In this document: positions 22,099 to 31,262 of the stretch, one piece after another
How the letters are laid out: each line of letters starts with the position of its first letter
Position numbering within the stretch: the stretch's first letter is position 1
Source: an uncultured Eubacteriales bacterium
GTDB lineage: Bacteria > Bacillota > Clostridia > Oscillospirales > CAG-272
DNA length: 64,000 nucleotides
Reading direction: 5' to 3'
Assembly: GCA_934434925.1 (NCBI GenBank)
Contig: CAKSAC010000004.1
Location: forward strand, 67,388 to 131,387
Made by a program: the position numbers and the translations under genes
Notes under the pieces: model-generated
Told to the model about the DNA's origin: nothing
The model's input: the letters and a program-made list of their open reading frames with translations, nothing else
The model's database searches: none

Positions 22099-23546
22099 AA
22101 AAGTCGGATATTGGTCTGATCGGTCTTGCGGTCATGGGTGAAAACCTTGTTATCAATATGGAGAGCAAGGGCTTCACCGTTTCGGTCTACAACCGCACGA
22201 CCGATAAAGTGAAAAAGTTCGTAGAGGGACGCGCCAAAGGCAAAAACATCGTCGGCACGTATTCCCTTGAAGAACTGGTTGCCAGCCTCGAAAAACCCCG
22301 GAAGATCATGATGATGGTCAAGGCCGGCGCGGCTGTTGACGAAATGATTGACAAATTGCTTCCGCTCCTTGATGACGGAGATATCCTGATCGACGGAGGC
22401 AACTCCCACTTCCCCGACACGGCCCGCCGTACCGCTTATGTGGAGAGCAAAGGCAAACTTTATATCGGCACGGGTGTTTCCGGCGGTGAAGAAGGCGCAC
22501 TCAACGGCCCGAGCCTGATGCCCGGCGGTTCTCCTGCCGCATGGCCCTATGTCAAACCGATTCTCCAAGCCATCTGCGCCAAGGTCGAAGACGGTTCCCC
22601 CTGCTGTGACTGGGTCGGCGAAAACGGTGCCGGTCATTTTGTCAAGATGGTACATAACGGCATCGAATACGGCGACATGCAGATGATTTGCGAAGCCTAT
22701 CAGCTGATGCGCGATTATCTCGGCATGAATGATGATGAAATGCACGATGTTTTTGCCGACTGGAATGAAAAGGAACTCGACAGTTATCTCATTGAGATTA
22801 CCAAAGACATTCTTGCCTACAAAGATGAGGACGGTTCGCCGCTTGTTGAAAAGATCCTCGATACGGCCGGACAAAAAGGAACCGGCAAATGGACCGGCAT
22901 TGCCGCTTTGGACGAAGGTGTGCCGCTGACCCTGATCGGCGAAGCGGTCTTTGCCCGTTGCCTGAGTGCCATGAAGGAAGAAAGAGTGATGGCTTCCGGC
23001 GTTCTCACCGGCCCGAAGCCCGAATTCCACGGAGACAAAGCCGCCTTCATCGAAGACATCAAGAATGCTCTTTTTGCCGCCAAAATCGTTTCGTATGCGC
23101 AGGGCTACACCCTGATGCGCTCGGCTGCCAAGACATACGGCTGGAACCTGAACTACGGCGGCATCGCCCTGATGTGGCGCGGCGGCTGTATCATCCGCAG
23201 CGTATTCCTCGGCAAGATCAAAGAAGCCTTTGATAACAACCCCGAATTGCCGAACCTGTTGCTCGACCCCTACTTCAAGGACGTTATCGAAAAGGCGCAG
23301 GCCGGGTGGAGACGCGTTTGCTCCGCCGCTATGATGAACGGTATTCCGATGCCTGCCATGTCCTCTGCCCTTTCGTATTACGACGGCTATCGTTGCGCCC
23401 GCCTCCCCGCCAACCTGCTCCAGGCACAACGCGACTACTTCGGCGCACATACCTATGAACGCATTGACGCTCCCCGCGGTCAGTTCTTCCATACCAACTG
23501 GACCGGCAAAGGCGGCGACACGGCCGCGACCCAGTATTCGGTCTGA
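22095..23546 (+). CDS. gnd: 6-phosphogluconate dehydrogenase, decarboxylating
   Basis: 483 aa. NADP-binding IGLIGLAVMGENL, then GAGHFVKMVHNGIEYGDMQ and the C-terminal RDYFGAHTYERID. Confidence 0.93.
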   Translation: MKKSDIGLIGLAVMGENLVINMESKGFTVSVYNRTTDKVKKFVEGRAKGKNIVGTYSLEELVASLEKPRKIMMMVKAGAAVDEMIDKLLPLLDDGDILIDGGNSHFPDTARRTAYVESKGKLYIGTGVSGGEEGALNGPSLMPGGSPAAWPYVKPILQAICAKVEDGSPCCDWVGENGAGHFVKMVHNGIEYGDMQMICEAYQLMRDYLGMNDDEMHDVFADWNEKELDSYLIEITKDILAYKDEDGSPLVEKILDTAGQKGTGKWTGIAALDEGVPLTLIGEAVFARCLSAMKEERVMASGVLTGPKPEFHGDKAAFIEDIKNALFAAKIVSYAQGYTLMRSAAKTYGWNLNYGGIALMWRGGCIIRSVFLGKIKEAFDNNPELPNLLLDPYFKDVIEKAQAGWRRVCSAAMMNGIPMPAMSSALSYYDGYRCARLPANLLQAQRDYFGAHTYERIDAPRGQFFHTNWTGKGGDTAATQYSV

Positions 23547-23588
23547 ACCGTCTCGCCGGAAAATCATATCATTTCAGGAGGGAAACCC

Positions 23589-24662
23589 ATGAAAATCAGA
23601 GAAAACTATAAATACGCACTCGTAGTTCCTACCAGTATGGGCGTTCGGATCTGCCCGCCTGACGGACAGCCGGTTTACTCCTCTGAGCTGTTCCGTATGC
23701 AGGTGACAAGCGCAGAGACCAATGTGGCCAGTATTTCTTCCTACCTCGGCCTTCCCGTACACGTTCTGACCACGTTCGTCAAGGACAGTCCGATTGCCAA
23801 GATGATCAAGAACAATCTCCGTCAGCGCGGCATGAGCTATGAAGGCGCAGAGGTGGAGCAAGGCGGCCCTTGGGGCTATCGTCATCAGTTCAATATCGCG
23901 GACAGCGGTTACGGCGCGCGTGGCCCCCGCGTGCAGAACGACCGTGCAGGAGAAGTCGGCCGGACGCTGAACGTCAAAGATTTTGACCTTGACCGTCTCT
24001 TCGGCAAAGAAGGCGTTGCCGTGCTGCACCTCTCGGGTCTTATCGGCGCACTCTCCCCGGAAACCAGCAAATTCTGCCTTGAACTCGCCCGTGCCGCCAA
24101 AAAGTACGGCACGCTGATCTCTTTCGACCTCAACTACCGCGCTTCTTTCTGGAAAGGCCGCGAGCAGGAACTGCATGATATTTTCACCGAGATCGCCTCG
24201 GTGGCCGATATCCTTGTCGGCAACGAAGAAGACTTCCAGCTTTGCCTCGGTCTTGAAGGGCCGGAAGCAGGCGGAAAAGACCTCGCCTCCAAGATCGAAA
24301 GCTTCAAAGCGATGATTCGTACGGCGAAGGCACAGTACCCCAACGTTTCAGTCTTTGCAACCACGTTACGGCAGGTTATCAACGTCAACCGTCACCTGTG
24401 GGGAGCTATTATGCTGAACGGGGATGAATGGCACGTCGCCGAACCTCGTGAAATTACGGTTCTTGACCGTATCGGCGGCGGGGACGGATTTGTCGGCGGT
24501 CTGCTTTACGCCATCATCAAAGGCTGGGATGCCGAAAAGCAACTCCAGTTCGGATGGGCAAGCGGCGCGCTGGCTACCACTTTCCTCACCGACTATGCAC
24601 AGCCCGCAGACGAAGATCAGATCTTCAGCATCTGGGGCGGAAACGCCCGCGTCAAGCGGTAA
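23589..24662 (+). CDS. PfkB-family sugar/sugar-acid kinase (2-keto-3-deoxygluconate kinase-like)
   Basis: 357 aa. C-terminal DRIGGGDGFVGGLLY (PfkB signature 2-like). Long KDG-kinase-like architecture. Confidence 0.7.
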   Translation: MKIRENYKYALVVPTSMGVRICPPDGQPVYSSELFRMQVTSAETNVASISSYLGLPVHVLTTFVKDSPIAKMIKNNLRQRGMSYEGAEVEQGGPWGYRHQFNIADSGYGARGPRVQNDRAGEVGRTLNVKDFDLDRLFGKEGVAVLHLSGLIGALSPETSKFCLELARAAKKYGTLISFDLNYRASFWKGREQELHDIFTEIASVADILVGNEEDFQLCLGLEGPEAGGKDLASKIESFKAMIRTAKAQYPNVSVFATTLRQVINVNRHLWGAIMLNGDEWHVAEPREITVLDRIGGGDGFVGGLLYAIIKGWDAEKQLQFGWASGALATTFLTDYAQPADEDQIFSIWGGNARVKR

Positions 24663-24665
24663 AAC

Positions 24666-24700
24666 AAAAAGCCCGGAGAACCGTCTCCGGGTTTTTCTTT
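24666..24700. terminator. bidirectional rho-independent terminator
   Basis: Stem CCCGGAGA (24672-24679) / TCTCCGGG (24684-24691), with A5 before and T5 after, between convergent genes. Confidence 0.8.
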
Positions 24701-24722
24701 GCGCAGGACCGGTTTTGCAGAA

Positions 24723-25649
24723 TTACGGTGTCTGCGTATGTATGACGCGTGTAAATGTCCTGCCGTCTCCGCGGAAGACGATCGTGCCGGAAAGGTCGGT
24801 ACGGCAGATTTCTGCGCCCGATTTTTGCAAACGTGCCAATATTTCCTGATTCGGATGGTTGTATTTATTTCCGGTTCCGACAGAAATGACCGCATAAGAC
24901 GGATGGACGCGATCCAAGAAGGTCTCTCCGGTCGAAGTCGCGGAGCCGTGATGGCCGACCTTCAGAATATCGGCGCGAAGATCCCCTGCCGAATATTTCC
25001 CCAGCATTTCTTTTTCCGATTCAAGCTCGGCATCCCCGGTCAAGAGAACCCGGTTCTCCCCGAAAACAAGGCGGAACACGATGCTGTAATTGTTGGTTTT
25101 GGAATACTTTTCGGAATTCGGGGCCAGCAATTCCATCCGGAGGCCGCCTGCCGTCAGCGTGATACCGGCGGTGGCCTGTATCACGTCCACATCCCTCTCT
25201 TCCAGCGCTGTCACCGTATTTTCAAAGATTTTTGTGCTTTTTGCGCAATCCGGCATCAAGCAGTGCGTTACCGAAAACGTGCGGATGATGGTGGGTGCGC
25301 CGCCGATATGATCGGCATCCGGATGGGTGAGGAAAAGATAGTCGATTTTATTGATCCCGAGCGCCTGTAAATAGGAAACGATTCCTTGTGTGATATCTTT
25401 TTTCAAGTCGCCTGTATCTACCAGGATTACCGCGTCGTCTGTCCGGATCAAGGTGCAATCGCCCTGCCCCACGTCAATAAAATGAATTTCCACTTCCCCG
25501 CTCGGCTGCTCTGCGGCTCCCGTTGCGGTGGTGGACGCGGAGGTTCCGAAGCCGGGGATAAACTGACAGGAACTCAGAATCGAGAGTACGATAGTCAGAA
25601 AAAGCAGCAGCGCAAAAAGACGGCTTCTGCGTTTGTATTGTATGTTCAT
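24723..25649 (-). CDS. ComEC/Rec2-related MBL-fold metallohydrolase, lipoprotein
   Basis: Signal/lipobox LSILSSC. MBL motif LTHPDADHIGG. Resembles the stand-alone ComEC C-terminal (competence nuclease-like) domain. Confidence 0.75.
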   Translation of the reverse strand: MNIQYKRRSRLFALLLFLTIVLSILSSCQFIPGFGTSASTTATGAAEQPSGEVEIHFIDVGQGDCTLIRTDDAVILVDTGDLKKDITQGIVSYLQALGINKIDYLFLTHPDADHIGGAPTIIRTFSVTHCLMPDCAKSTKIFENTVTALEERDVDVIQATAGITLTAGGLRMELLAPNSEKYSKTNNYSIVFRLVFGENRVLLTGDAELESEKEMLGKYSAGDLRADILKVGHHGSATSTGETFLDRVHPSYAVISVGTGNKYNHPNQEILARLQKSGAEICRTDLSGTIVFRGDGRTFTRVIHTQTP

Positions 25650-26248
25650 GAGAGATCTCTCCTTCCTTCAAGCGCACGATTGAGGGTAACTTCATCCGTA
25701 TATTCAAGATTGCCGCCGACCGGTATGCCGTAAGCCAGCCGAGTGACTTTAACGGAAAAGGGCGCGAGAATCCGGCAAAGATACATCGCCGTTGCTTCCC
25801 CTTCCACATCGGGGTCGGTCGCCACGATCACCTCGCGCACATCTCCGGCTTCCACGCGTTCCCGCAGTTTTGAAATCCGAAGTGTATCCGGGGTAATCCC
25901 GTTCATCGGAGACAACGAGCCACCCAGCACATGGTAAAGTCCCCGATATTCGCGCACACGTTCAAACGCCAAAACATCCCGCGCCTGTTCGACCACGCAG
26001 ATTATACCGCGGTCACGATCCGGATCCGCACATACCGGGCAGATCTCCCCGGTCGTATAATTTCCGCAAACGCGGCAAGGGTGGATTTTTCGTTTAGCAT
26101 CCGAAATCGCCTCGGAAAAATCGGCCGCCTCTTCGTCACTGAACGCAAGAACGGAAAAAGCCATCCGGACTGCGGTCTTCCCCCCGATTCCGGGGATATG
26201 GCGAAACATTTCAATCAGCCGCTGCAACGGCTCCGCATATTCCTGCAT
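25646..26248 (-). CDS. recR: recombination protein RecR
   Basis: 200 aa. HhH N-terminus, Cys4 zinc finger CRVCGNYT..CPVC, and a Toprim region VVEQARDV..ATDPDVEGEATA. Confidence 0.95.
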   Translation of the reverse strand: MQEYAEPLQRLIEMFRHIPGIGGKTAVRMAFSVLAFSDEEAADFSEAISDAKRKIHPCRVCGNYTTGEICPVCADPDRDRGIICVVEQARDVLAFERVREYRGLYHVLGGSLSPMNGITPDTLRISKLRERVEAGDVREVIVATDPDVEGEATAMYLCRILAPFSVKVTRLAYGIPVGGNLEYTDEVTLNRALEGRRDLS

Positions 26249-26249
26249 T

Positions 26250-26600
26250 TCAGAAAACTCCCGGCATTCCGGGCATCCCCGGCAAGCTCATCTGTCCTGT
26301 GATCTTATTCATTTCCGTTTCGGTCGTTTCATCAACCGTGCGGACCGCCTGATTGAAGGCCGCCATGACAATGTCGCTGAGCGTTTCAATATCATCGGGA
26401 TCGACAATCTCGGGAGCAATTTCCAGTGAAAGGACCTCGCGCCTGCCGTTCATCCTGACGGTGACGGCTCCTCCGCCGGCTGTCGCGGTATATTCTGCCG
26501 CTTCAAGCTCGGCCTGCTTGGCCTGCATATCCTCTTGCATTTTCTGCGCCTGTTTCATCAGGTCGGCCATGCCGCCGCTTTTGGGAATTTTGACGTTCAT
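26250..26600 (-). CDS. ybaB: YbaB/EbfC family nucleoid-associated protein
   Basis: 116 aa. MADLMKQAQKMQEDMQAKQAELE motif. Conserved position between dnaX and recR. Confidence 0.92.
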   Translation of the reverse strand: MNVKIPKSGGMADLMKQAQKMQEDMQAKQAELEAAEYTATAGGGAVTVRMNGRREVLSLEIAPEIVDPDDIETLSDIVMAAFNQAVRTVDETTETEMNKITGQMSLPGMPGMPGVF

Positions 26601-26623
26601 GTTAAGTCTCCTTTACATTTGTT

Positions 26624-28249
26624 TTATTTCAGGACTTCCGTAAGTTCTTCAATAACCGTGTGAGCGGAAGCTGTGTTCTCCGCTTCCAGTATAATATCAC
26701 GGACAGGCGTTCCCGCCGCCGCCAGCGATCCTGTAAGCAGGGCGCGGTTGGCATCGGTATTCAGAATTGTCACATAAAACGGATTGGAAAGGCGCAACAG
26801 AAAGCGCCCATCCCCCGAGAGATACCCGCGCGCGCCGCGAAGAAGACCGGCAAGGCTCCCTTGCGAACGGATAAGTTCTTCCGCCACTTCCCGGAATCCG
26901 CTGTACGGCCGGAAGGCAGATGCGTCGGCGGGAGCGACATCGGGTTCGTGCGTGTTCCTCGATGCGTCGGATCCGCGTTTTTCGGCCGCGATCCCGTCCG
27001 GTTCTTGTTTTTCGGCCATCGGCGTTTCCCCGGCGTCCGCGAAAGACGCTTTTTCCGCTTTCGGCGCTTCTTGTGCGGGAACAGGGCAAACCCCGGCCGC
27101 AAGCGCCGCCACTTTCTTTTCCAGTTCAAAGACGCGGAGTTGCAGGCTTTCTTCCCCGCCGGAAAGCGTAGGGTCGCATAACCGCGTCAGGGTCAGTTCG
27201 GCCGTTGCACGGCGGGAGAGGCCGGTTCTTTGCATCCGGCCGAGCGCATCTTCCAGCAGTCGGACATGATAGACCATCGTCTGCATGGAAAGCCCTTCGG
27301 AAAGCGCGCGAATGCGTTCTGTCTCGGCATCGGTAAGATCCAGATATTCCACCGCGTTCCCGGCGGTGCGGAATACCATCATATCCCGATAGCAGTCAAT
27401 GAGATCCTGCCAAAAAACCGTAATATCCCGGGAGGACATCACCAGCTCGTGTATCTTGCGGTACAGCGCCGCATAATCGCGCGCGCGGATTGCTTCGACT
27501 ACCGCGTAAACGCTTTCGGTGTCTCCGGCACCGCAGGTCGCGGCAACTAATTTTTCATCGATTTTTTCTTTCCGTCCGGCGCAAAGTTCCAGAAGACTGA
27601 TGGCATCGCGCATTCCGCCGAGAGCAAGGCGGGCAAGGAGCCGTGCGCCGTCTTCCGTAAGGTCTATCCCTTCATGCCCGGAAATGTACAAAAGGCGACG
27701 CGCCAGCACCGCGCCGGATATCCGGTGAAAATCAAATCGCTGACAGCGTGAAACAATCGTGCTCGGCAGTTTATGCAATTCTGTCGTTGCCAGAATAAAA
27801 ATAACATGAGGGGGCGGCTCTTCCAGCGTTTTCAGGAGCGCGTTGAACGCGCCGCCGCTCATCATATGCACTTCATCAATAATATACACGCGATATCGGA
27901 GCGCCGCCGGGGTGAATATGATCTCATCCCGGATATCGCGCACATCGTTAACGCCGGTATTGCTGGCGGCGTCCATTTCTATGACATCCGTGGCACGTCC
28001 TTCATCGATTGACCGGCAGGCTTCGCATTCGTTGCAGGGGTTTCCGTCCTTCGGAGACAGGCAGTTGACCGCTTTGGCAAGAATTTTGGCACTGCTTGTC
28101 TTTCCCGTTCCGCGGGAACCGCAGAAAAGATAGGCGTGGCTGATCTTTCCGGATGCCACTTCGTATTTGAGAATGCCGGTGACGTGATCCTGCCCCCAGA
28201 CATCGTCAAAATTTTGCGGACGCCATTTGCGGTAAAGCGCACGGTACAT
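26624..28249 (-). CDS. dnaX: DNA polymerase III subunit gamma/tau
   Basis: Start at MYRALYRKWRPQNFDDV with a GGAGG RBS. The upstream part of the track ORF overlaps the SRP RNA. Walker A GSRGTGKTS, zinc module CNECEACRS, SRC-like TIVSRCQRF. Confidence 0.93.
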   Translation of the reverse strand: MYRALYRKWRPQNFDDVWGQDHVTGILKYEVASGKISHAYLFCGSRGTGKTSSAKILAKAVNCLSPKDGNPCNECEACRSIDEGRATDVIEMDAASNTGVNDVRDIRDEIIFTPAALRYRVYIIDEVHMMSGGAFNALLKTLEEPPPHVIFILATTELHKLPSTIVSRCQRFDFHRISGAVLARRLLYISGHEGIDLTEDGARLLARLALGGMRDAISLLELCAGRKEKIDEKLVAATCGAGDTESVYAVVEAIRARDYAALYRKIHELVMSSRDITVFWQDLIDCYRDMMVFRTAGNAVEYLDLTDAETERIRALSEGLSMQTMVYHVRLLEDALGRMQRTGLSRRATAELTLTRLCDPTLSGGEESLQLRVFELEKKVAALAAGVCPVPAQEAPKAEKASFADAGETPMAEKQEPDGIAAEKRGSDASRNTHEPDVAPADASAFRPYSGFREVAEELIRSQGSLAGLLRGARGYLSGDGRFLLRLSNPFYVTILNTDANRALLTGSLAAAGTPVRDIILEAENTASAHTVIEELTEVLK

Positions 28250-28327
28250 AAGAAAACCTCCGTAAGTTATGAAAAAGAAAGGGGCGCTCGCCTGGGGAAT
28301 CCCCTCAGCACAAGCCCCCGGCTCGCC

Positions 28328-28643
28328 GGTTTCCAAAGCCCGGATAAGACCATACACCGCAAATTCGAACATCCCCCACACACGGGAGCCGTACCGCCCA
28401 CTCCGGACAGGTTGCCTCGCGGCACACCGGGTTTGCCGCTTAATGCTGCTTGGTCTCCCACCTGACATGGTTCACAGCACCCGATTGCGCAAGACCCATC
28501 CTTCATCGCAAACTGCATACGGCGCAGACTGCACGAGAAATGCCCTCCTCTACGGAAATCACCCCTGCTATAGCGGATTTCAGGTACAAGGCACCGCTAA
28601 CGCCCCGGCCAGTATGGTCCTATCCGGCCTTTGGAAACTTACA
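28328..28643 (-). ncRNA. ffs: signal recognition particle RNA, long (Bacillus/Clostridium) form with Alu-like domain
   Basis: Reverse strand carries GGGGCGTTAGCGGTGCCTTGTACCTGAAATCCGCTATAGCAGGG (Alu-domain-like) and ACCATGTCAGGTGGGAGACCAAGCAGCATTAAG (domain IV/helix 8 motif). 5' GTTTCCAAAGGCCGGATAGGACCATAC pairs with 3' GTATGGTCTTATCCGGGCTTTGGAAAC. Classic position upstream of dnaX. Ends are +/-10 nt. Confidence 0.85.
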
Positions 28644-28649
28644 GTATAC

Positions 28650-28678
28650 AGTATAGCAGAAAAAAACTTTTTATGCAA
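28650..28678 (-). promoter_or_regulatory. sigma-70 promoter TTGCAT-17-TATACT for SRP RNA
   Basis: Reverse strand: -35 at 28673-28678, -10 at 28650-28655. A second TATACT lies 1 nt downstream. Confidence 0.65.
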
Positions 28679-28705
28679 GAGAATACGCAAGATTTTTCAA
28701 AGTTT

Positions 28706-29428
28706 TCACAAAAGAAATCCGCCGTCTACCGAAAGCGTCTGCCCGGTGATGAAGGAGGCTTCTTCTCCGGCGAGAAAAAGCATGGCGGCGGCAACGTCTC
28801 CCGGTGTGCCGAGGCGGCCGAGCGGCGTTTCTTTTTGCAATTCTTCCAGCGTTGCCGAAGAAAGGGCGGCGTTCATTTCCGTGTCGATCACCCCGGGGGC
28901 AATGCTGTTGACGGTAATGCCGGAAGGGCCGACTTCTTTAGCAAGTGCGCGGCTCATTCCGATCAGCGCCGCCTTGGATGCCGAATAATGCACCTCGCAG
29001 GAAGCGCCGCTTATCCCCCACATGGAAGAAACATTGATGATACGCCCCCATTTTTTGCGGATCATGGCGGGGAGAAGAGCGCGGGCATAATAAAACGGAC
29101 CGTTGACATTGACGGCAAAAACGCCGGCCCATTCTTCATCGGTCAGTTCCGTGAAAAGCGAAAAAGAAGAAACGGCGGCATTGTTGATGAGAATATCGAT
29201 CTCCCCGATTTCTTCCCGCACCCGACGGCATGCGTCCTGCACCTCGGCCGGAGAAGAGGAATCCGCCTGTACCGGGAAGGCACCAACCGCGCGGGCAAGC
29301 GTTTCCGCCTCTGTCCGTGCGCGCCGGTAAGTGAAAGCCACGGAATATCCGGCGGCACAAAAGCGGCGTACCGCCTCTGCCCCGATACCGCGCGAACCAC
29401 CGTTTATCAGCACTTTCTTCACATTCAT
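28706..29428 (-). CDS. SDR family oxidoreductase (FabG-like)
   Basis: Start at MNVKKVLINGGSRGIG (GAGGAA RBS). TGxxxGIG-type motif, catalytic YSASKAAL, PG motif IAPGVIDT. Confidence 0.85.
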   Translation of the reverse strand: MNVKKVLINGGSRGIGAEAVRRFCAAGYSVAFTYRRARTEAETLARAVGAFPVQADSSSPAEVQDACRRVREEIGEIDILINNAAVSSFSLFTELTDEEWAGVFAVNVNGPFYYARALLPAMIRKKWGRIINVSSMWGISGASCEVHYSASKAALIGMSRALAKEVGPSGITVNSIAPGVIDTEMNAALSSATLEELQKETPLGRLGTPGDVAAAMLFLAGEEASFITGQTLSVDGGFLL

Positions 29429-29475
29429 TTCCTCGCTTTCCAAAGCAAAATCCGGCACGGCGAAGCCCCGGCCGT

Positions 29476-30276
29476 TTATGATTGTTTTTGATAAACCAAA
29501 ACCGAAAAAACCGCTTCGGTTTCAAGAGAATCCAGTGCGGCAAGCCGTTCTCTTCCGGCCGCCGGCGTCCGGTAATAATAAGGAGTCATGGCAAAAAGAT
29601 CGGCAATCGCCCCGCAATCCGGAAGTGTAAAAGAAAAGGCTATCTCTTCTTTTTGTAAAAACTTCAACCCGGGTAATTCTTCGTCGGCCGCCGGATTTTC
29701 GTATGGCGTATCGTAAAGCACCTTTTTCATGGAAAAAAGATGACGCGCCCCCGGAACCGCCAGCAAAAAAATCCCGTCCGGGCGGAGAATGCGGGCATAT
29801 TCCTCAATCGCCAGCGGCGCAAACAGGCAGGAAAGAAACGCGGCCGAACAATCCGGAAACGGCAAGCGATATACGCTGGCAACGGCAAATCGTACATCCG
29901 GCAACGCCTTCGCCGCCAATCTGAGTGCGTCTTTCGACAAATCGAAGCCCACGCACCGGCCGAACCGACGTGAAAGCGCCTCGGTATAATAGCCTTCCCC
30001 GCAACCGGCATCCACACAGATTCCGTCCGGTTCAGCATACGCTTCGGCAATCCGGTCAAGAGCCGCCCGGAGAGGCGCGTAAAATCCGCGGGAAAGGAAA
30101 CGATGACGCGCCGCAATCATTTCACGGTTATCCCCGTGTGCCGGAGAAGAACCCGTCAGCAGATTGACATATCCGCGCGCCGAAATATCGAAACTGTGCC
30201 CCGCCGGGCAGAATAGCCGCTTTTCTTCACGGGCAAGACGGGCGCGGCAAACCGGACAGAGAAAGTCGGATAACAT
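29476..30276 (-). CDS. rlmA: 23S rRNA (guanine-N1)-methyltransferase RlmA family
   Basis: N-terminal zinc finger CPVC..CPAGH, then SARGYVNLL, SAM motif VDAGCGEGYY, and a length of 266 aa. Confidence 0.8.
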   Translation of the reverse strand: MLSDFLCPVCRARLAREEKRLFCPAGHSFDISARGYVNLLTGSSPAHGDNREMIAARHRFLSRGFYAPLRAALDRIAEAYAEPDGICVDAGCGEGYYTEALSRRFGRCVGFDLSKDALRLAAKALPDVRFAVASVYRLPFPDCSAAFLSCLFAPLAIEEYARILRPDGIFLLAVPGARHLFSMKKVLYDTPYENPAADEELPGLKFLQKEEIAFSFTLPDCGAIADLFAMTPYYYRTPAAGRERLAALDSLETEAVFSVLVYQKQS

Positions 30277-30509
30277 AATCCCTCCTTCGGAAAAATCGTT
30301 ACGCAGACGGCAAAAACCCTATCGTTCCCTGCAAAAAAAACGCAAAACGCACGGCGCAGACCGCAGAGCAGGCAAAAAGAATGCGTCCGACGCGGTCAAA
30401 GGAACCGGCCGATGGCGGCAACAGGCAATCCGCAAAGAGCAGGGTGACGGCGAAGCGCGCTTTTAGAGTCGGTCCGCCCGTGCCGGGAGCCACGCTGTAT
30501 GACAAAAAA

Positions 30510-30554
30510 CTATTCGATGAGCATGGCGTCCCCGTAATGTATGCGATATAAGAA
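30510..30554 (-). repeat. degenerate copy of the queA 3' end (scar R2)
   Basis: Reverse strand TTCTTATATCGCATACATTACGGGGACGCCATGCTCATCGAATAG reads ..YGDAMLIE-stop. Compare the genuine queA end ..FGDAMFIG-stop at 31563. Confidence 0.6.
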
Positions 30555-30590
30555 ATTACCGATTGGCAGACTTTCGCAAACCAATCGGCA
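30553..30590 (-). terminator. hairpin after higA (terminator-like)
   Basis: Stem CCGATTGG (30559-30566) / CCAATCGG (30581-30588). The stem sequence is shared with the queA terminator hairpin. The downstream tract is T-rich but not a clean U-run. Confidence 0.45.
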
Positions 30591-30601
30591 ATCGGAATCG
30601 T

Positions 30602-30886
30602 TCAATGGCTTGCAGGTACGAACTCTACCTTCAATTTCATTCCCATTCCGTCTGCCAACCTCTGAAGAGTACGCAAAGAAGGATTAGCATTACCATTTTC
30701 CAATTTACTGATGTCAGCCTGTGCAATTCCGGTACGAGCTGCTAAATCCTTTTGTGTCAGTCCCGCTGCTTTCCTTGCGTCAAGCATTGCCTGAATAATG
30801 GAAAACTCCGCATCAAGCGCATCATATTCTTTTTTGAAATCTTCATTTTGAAGTTGTTCATTCAAAAAATCCTTGTAATTCGTCAT
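30602..30886 (-). CDS. higA: XRE-family HTH antitoxin (HigA-like)
   Basis: 94 aa. HTH LTQKDLAARTGIAQADISKLENG. Starts 1 nt after the toxin gene. Confidence 0.85.
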   Translation of the reverse strand: MTNYKDFLNEQLQNEDFKKEYDALDAEFSIIQAMLDARKAAGLTQKDLAARTGIAQADISKLENGNANPSLRTLQRLADGMGMKLKVEFVPASH

Positions 30887-30887
30887 A

Positions 30888-31241
30888 TCATTTTCCCTCC
30901 CTGTTCAAAAATTCATTTCGATATTTCTTTGCAAGATCAATTTCGTTTTTAGGAGTTTTTTGCGTTTTTTTGACAAAACCATTTGTAAGGACAATTTTTC
31001 TGCCGATAACAAAAAAGTACAACACTCTCGATATATTCGAACCGCTTTTCGCTCTGATTTCAAATATTCCATCAACGAGGTGTTCCGAATACGGCATTCG
31101 GAGCGCCGTTCCGTTTTTTGCCAATAAGTCAATTGTTCGCAATAATCTCGCTCTCATTTTATCGTCAACGGATAAAAGAAATTCTTTCACCGGTTCACTT
31201 CCATCGGGCTTATCATAAAAAACAATCTCAAATTCCTGCAT
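30888..31241 (-). CDS. higB: RelE/ParE-superfamily toxin (HigB / phage Gp49-like)
   Basis: 117 aa. YDKPDGSEPVKEFL...LRMPYSEHLVDGIFEIRAK...RVLYFF pattern typical of Gp49/HigB toxins. Toxin-first order, in a low-GC islet. Confidence 0.8.
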   Translation of the reverse strand: MQEFEIVFYDKPDGSEPVKEFLLSVDDKMRARLLRTIDLLAKNGTALRMPYSEHLVDGIFEIRAKSGSNISRVLYFFVIGRKIVLTNGFVKKTQKTPKNEIDLAKKYRNEFLNREGK

Positions 31242-31262
31242 TTATAGTGTCTCCTAAAAATA

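Noticed and set aside
28249-28468. N-terminal extensions of track ORFs: dnaX to 28468, lacZ to 19490, glnS to 62193, queA to 32774, DUF975 to 59294, comF to 60058, the S1 protein to 56391.
   Set aside because: Internal ATGs with good Shine-Dalgarno sequences coincide with the conserved N-termini of the families. The extensions overlap an RNA gene, promoters, repeats or neighbouring genes.
30299-30505. 68-aa ORF between rlmA and the queA-end scar.
   Set aside because: No RBS, an Ala/Gly/Cys-rich translation typical of a chance ORF in GC-rich DNA, and it overlaps the probable rlmA promoter region.
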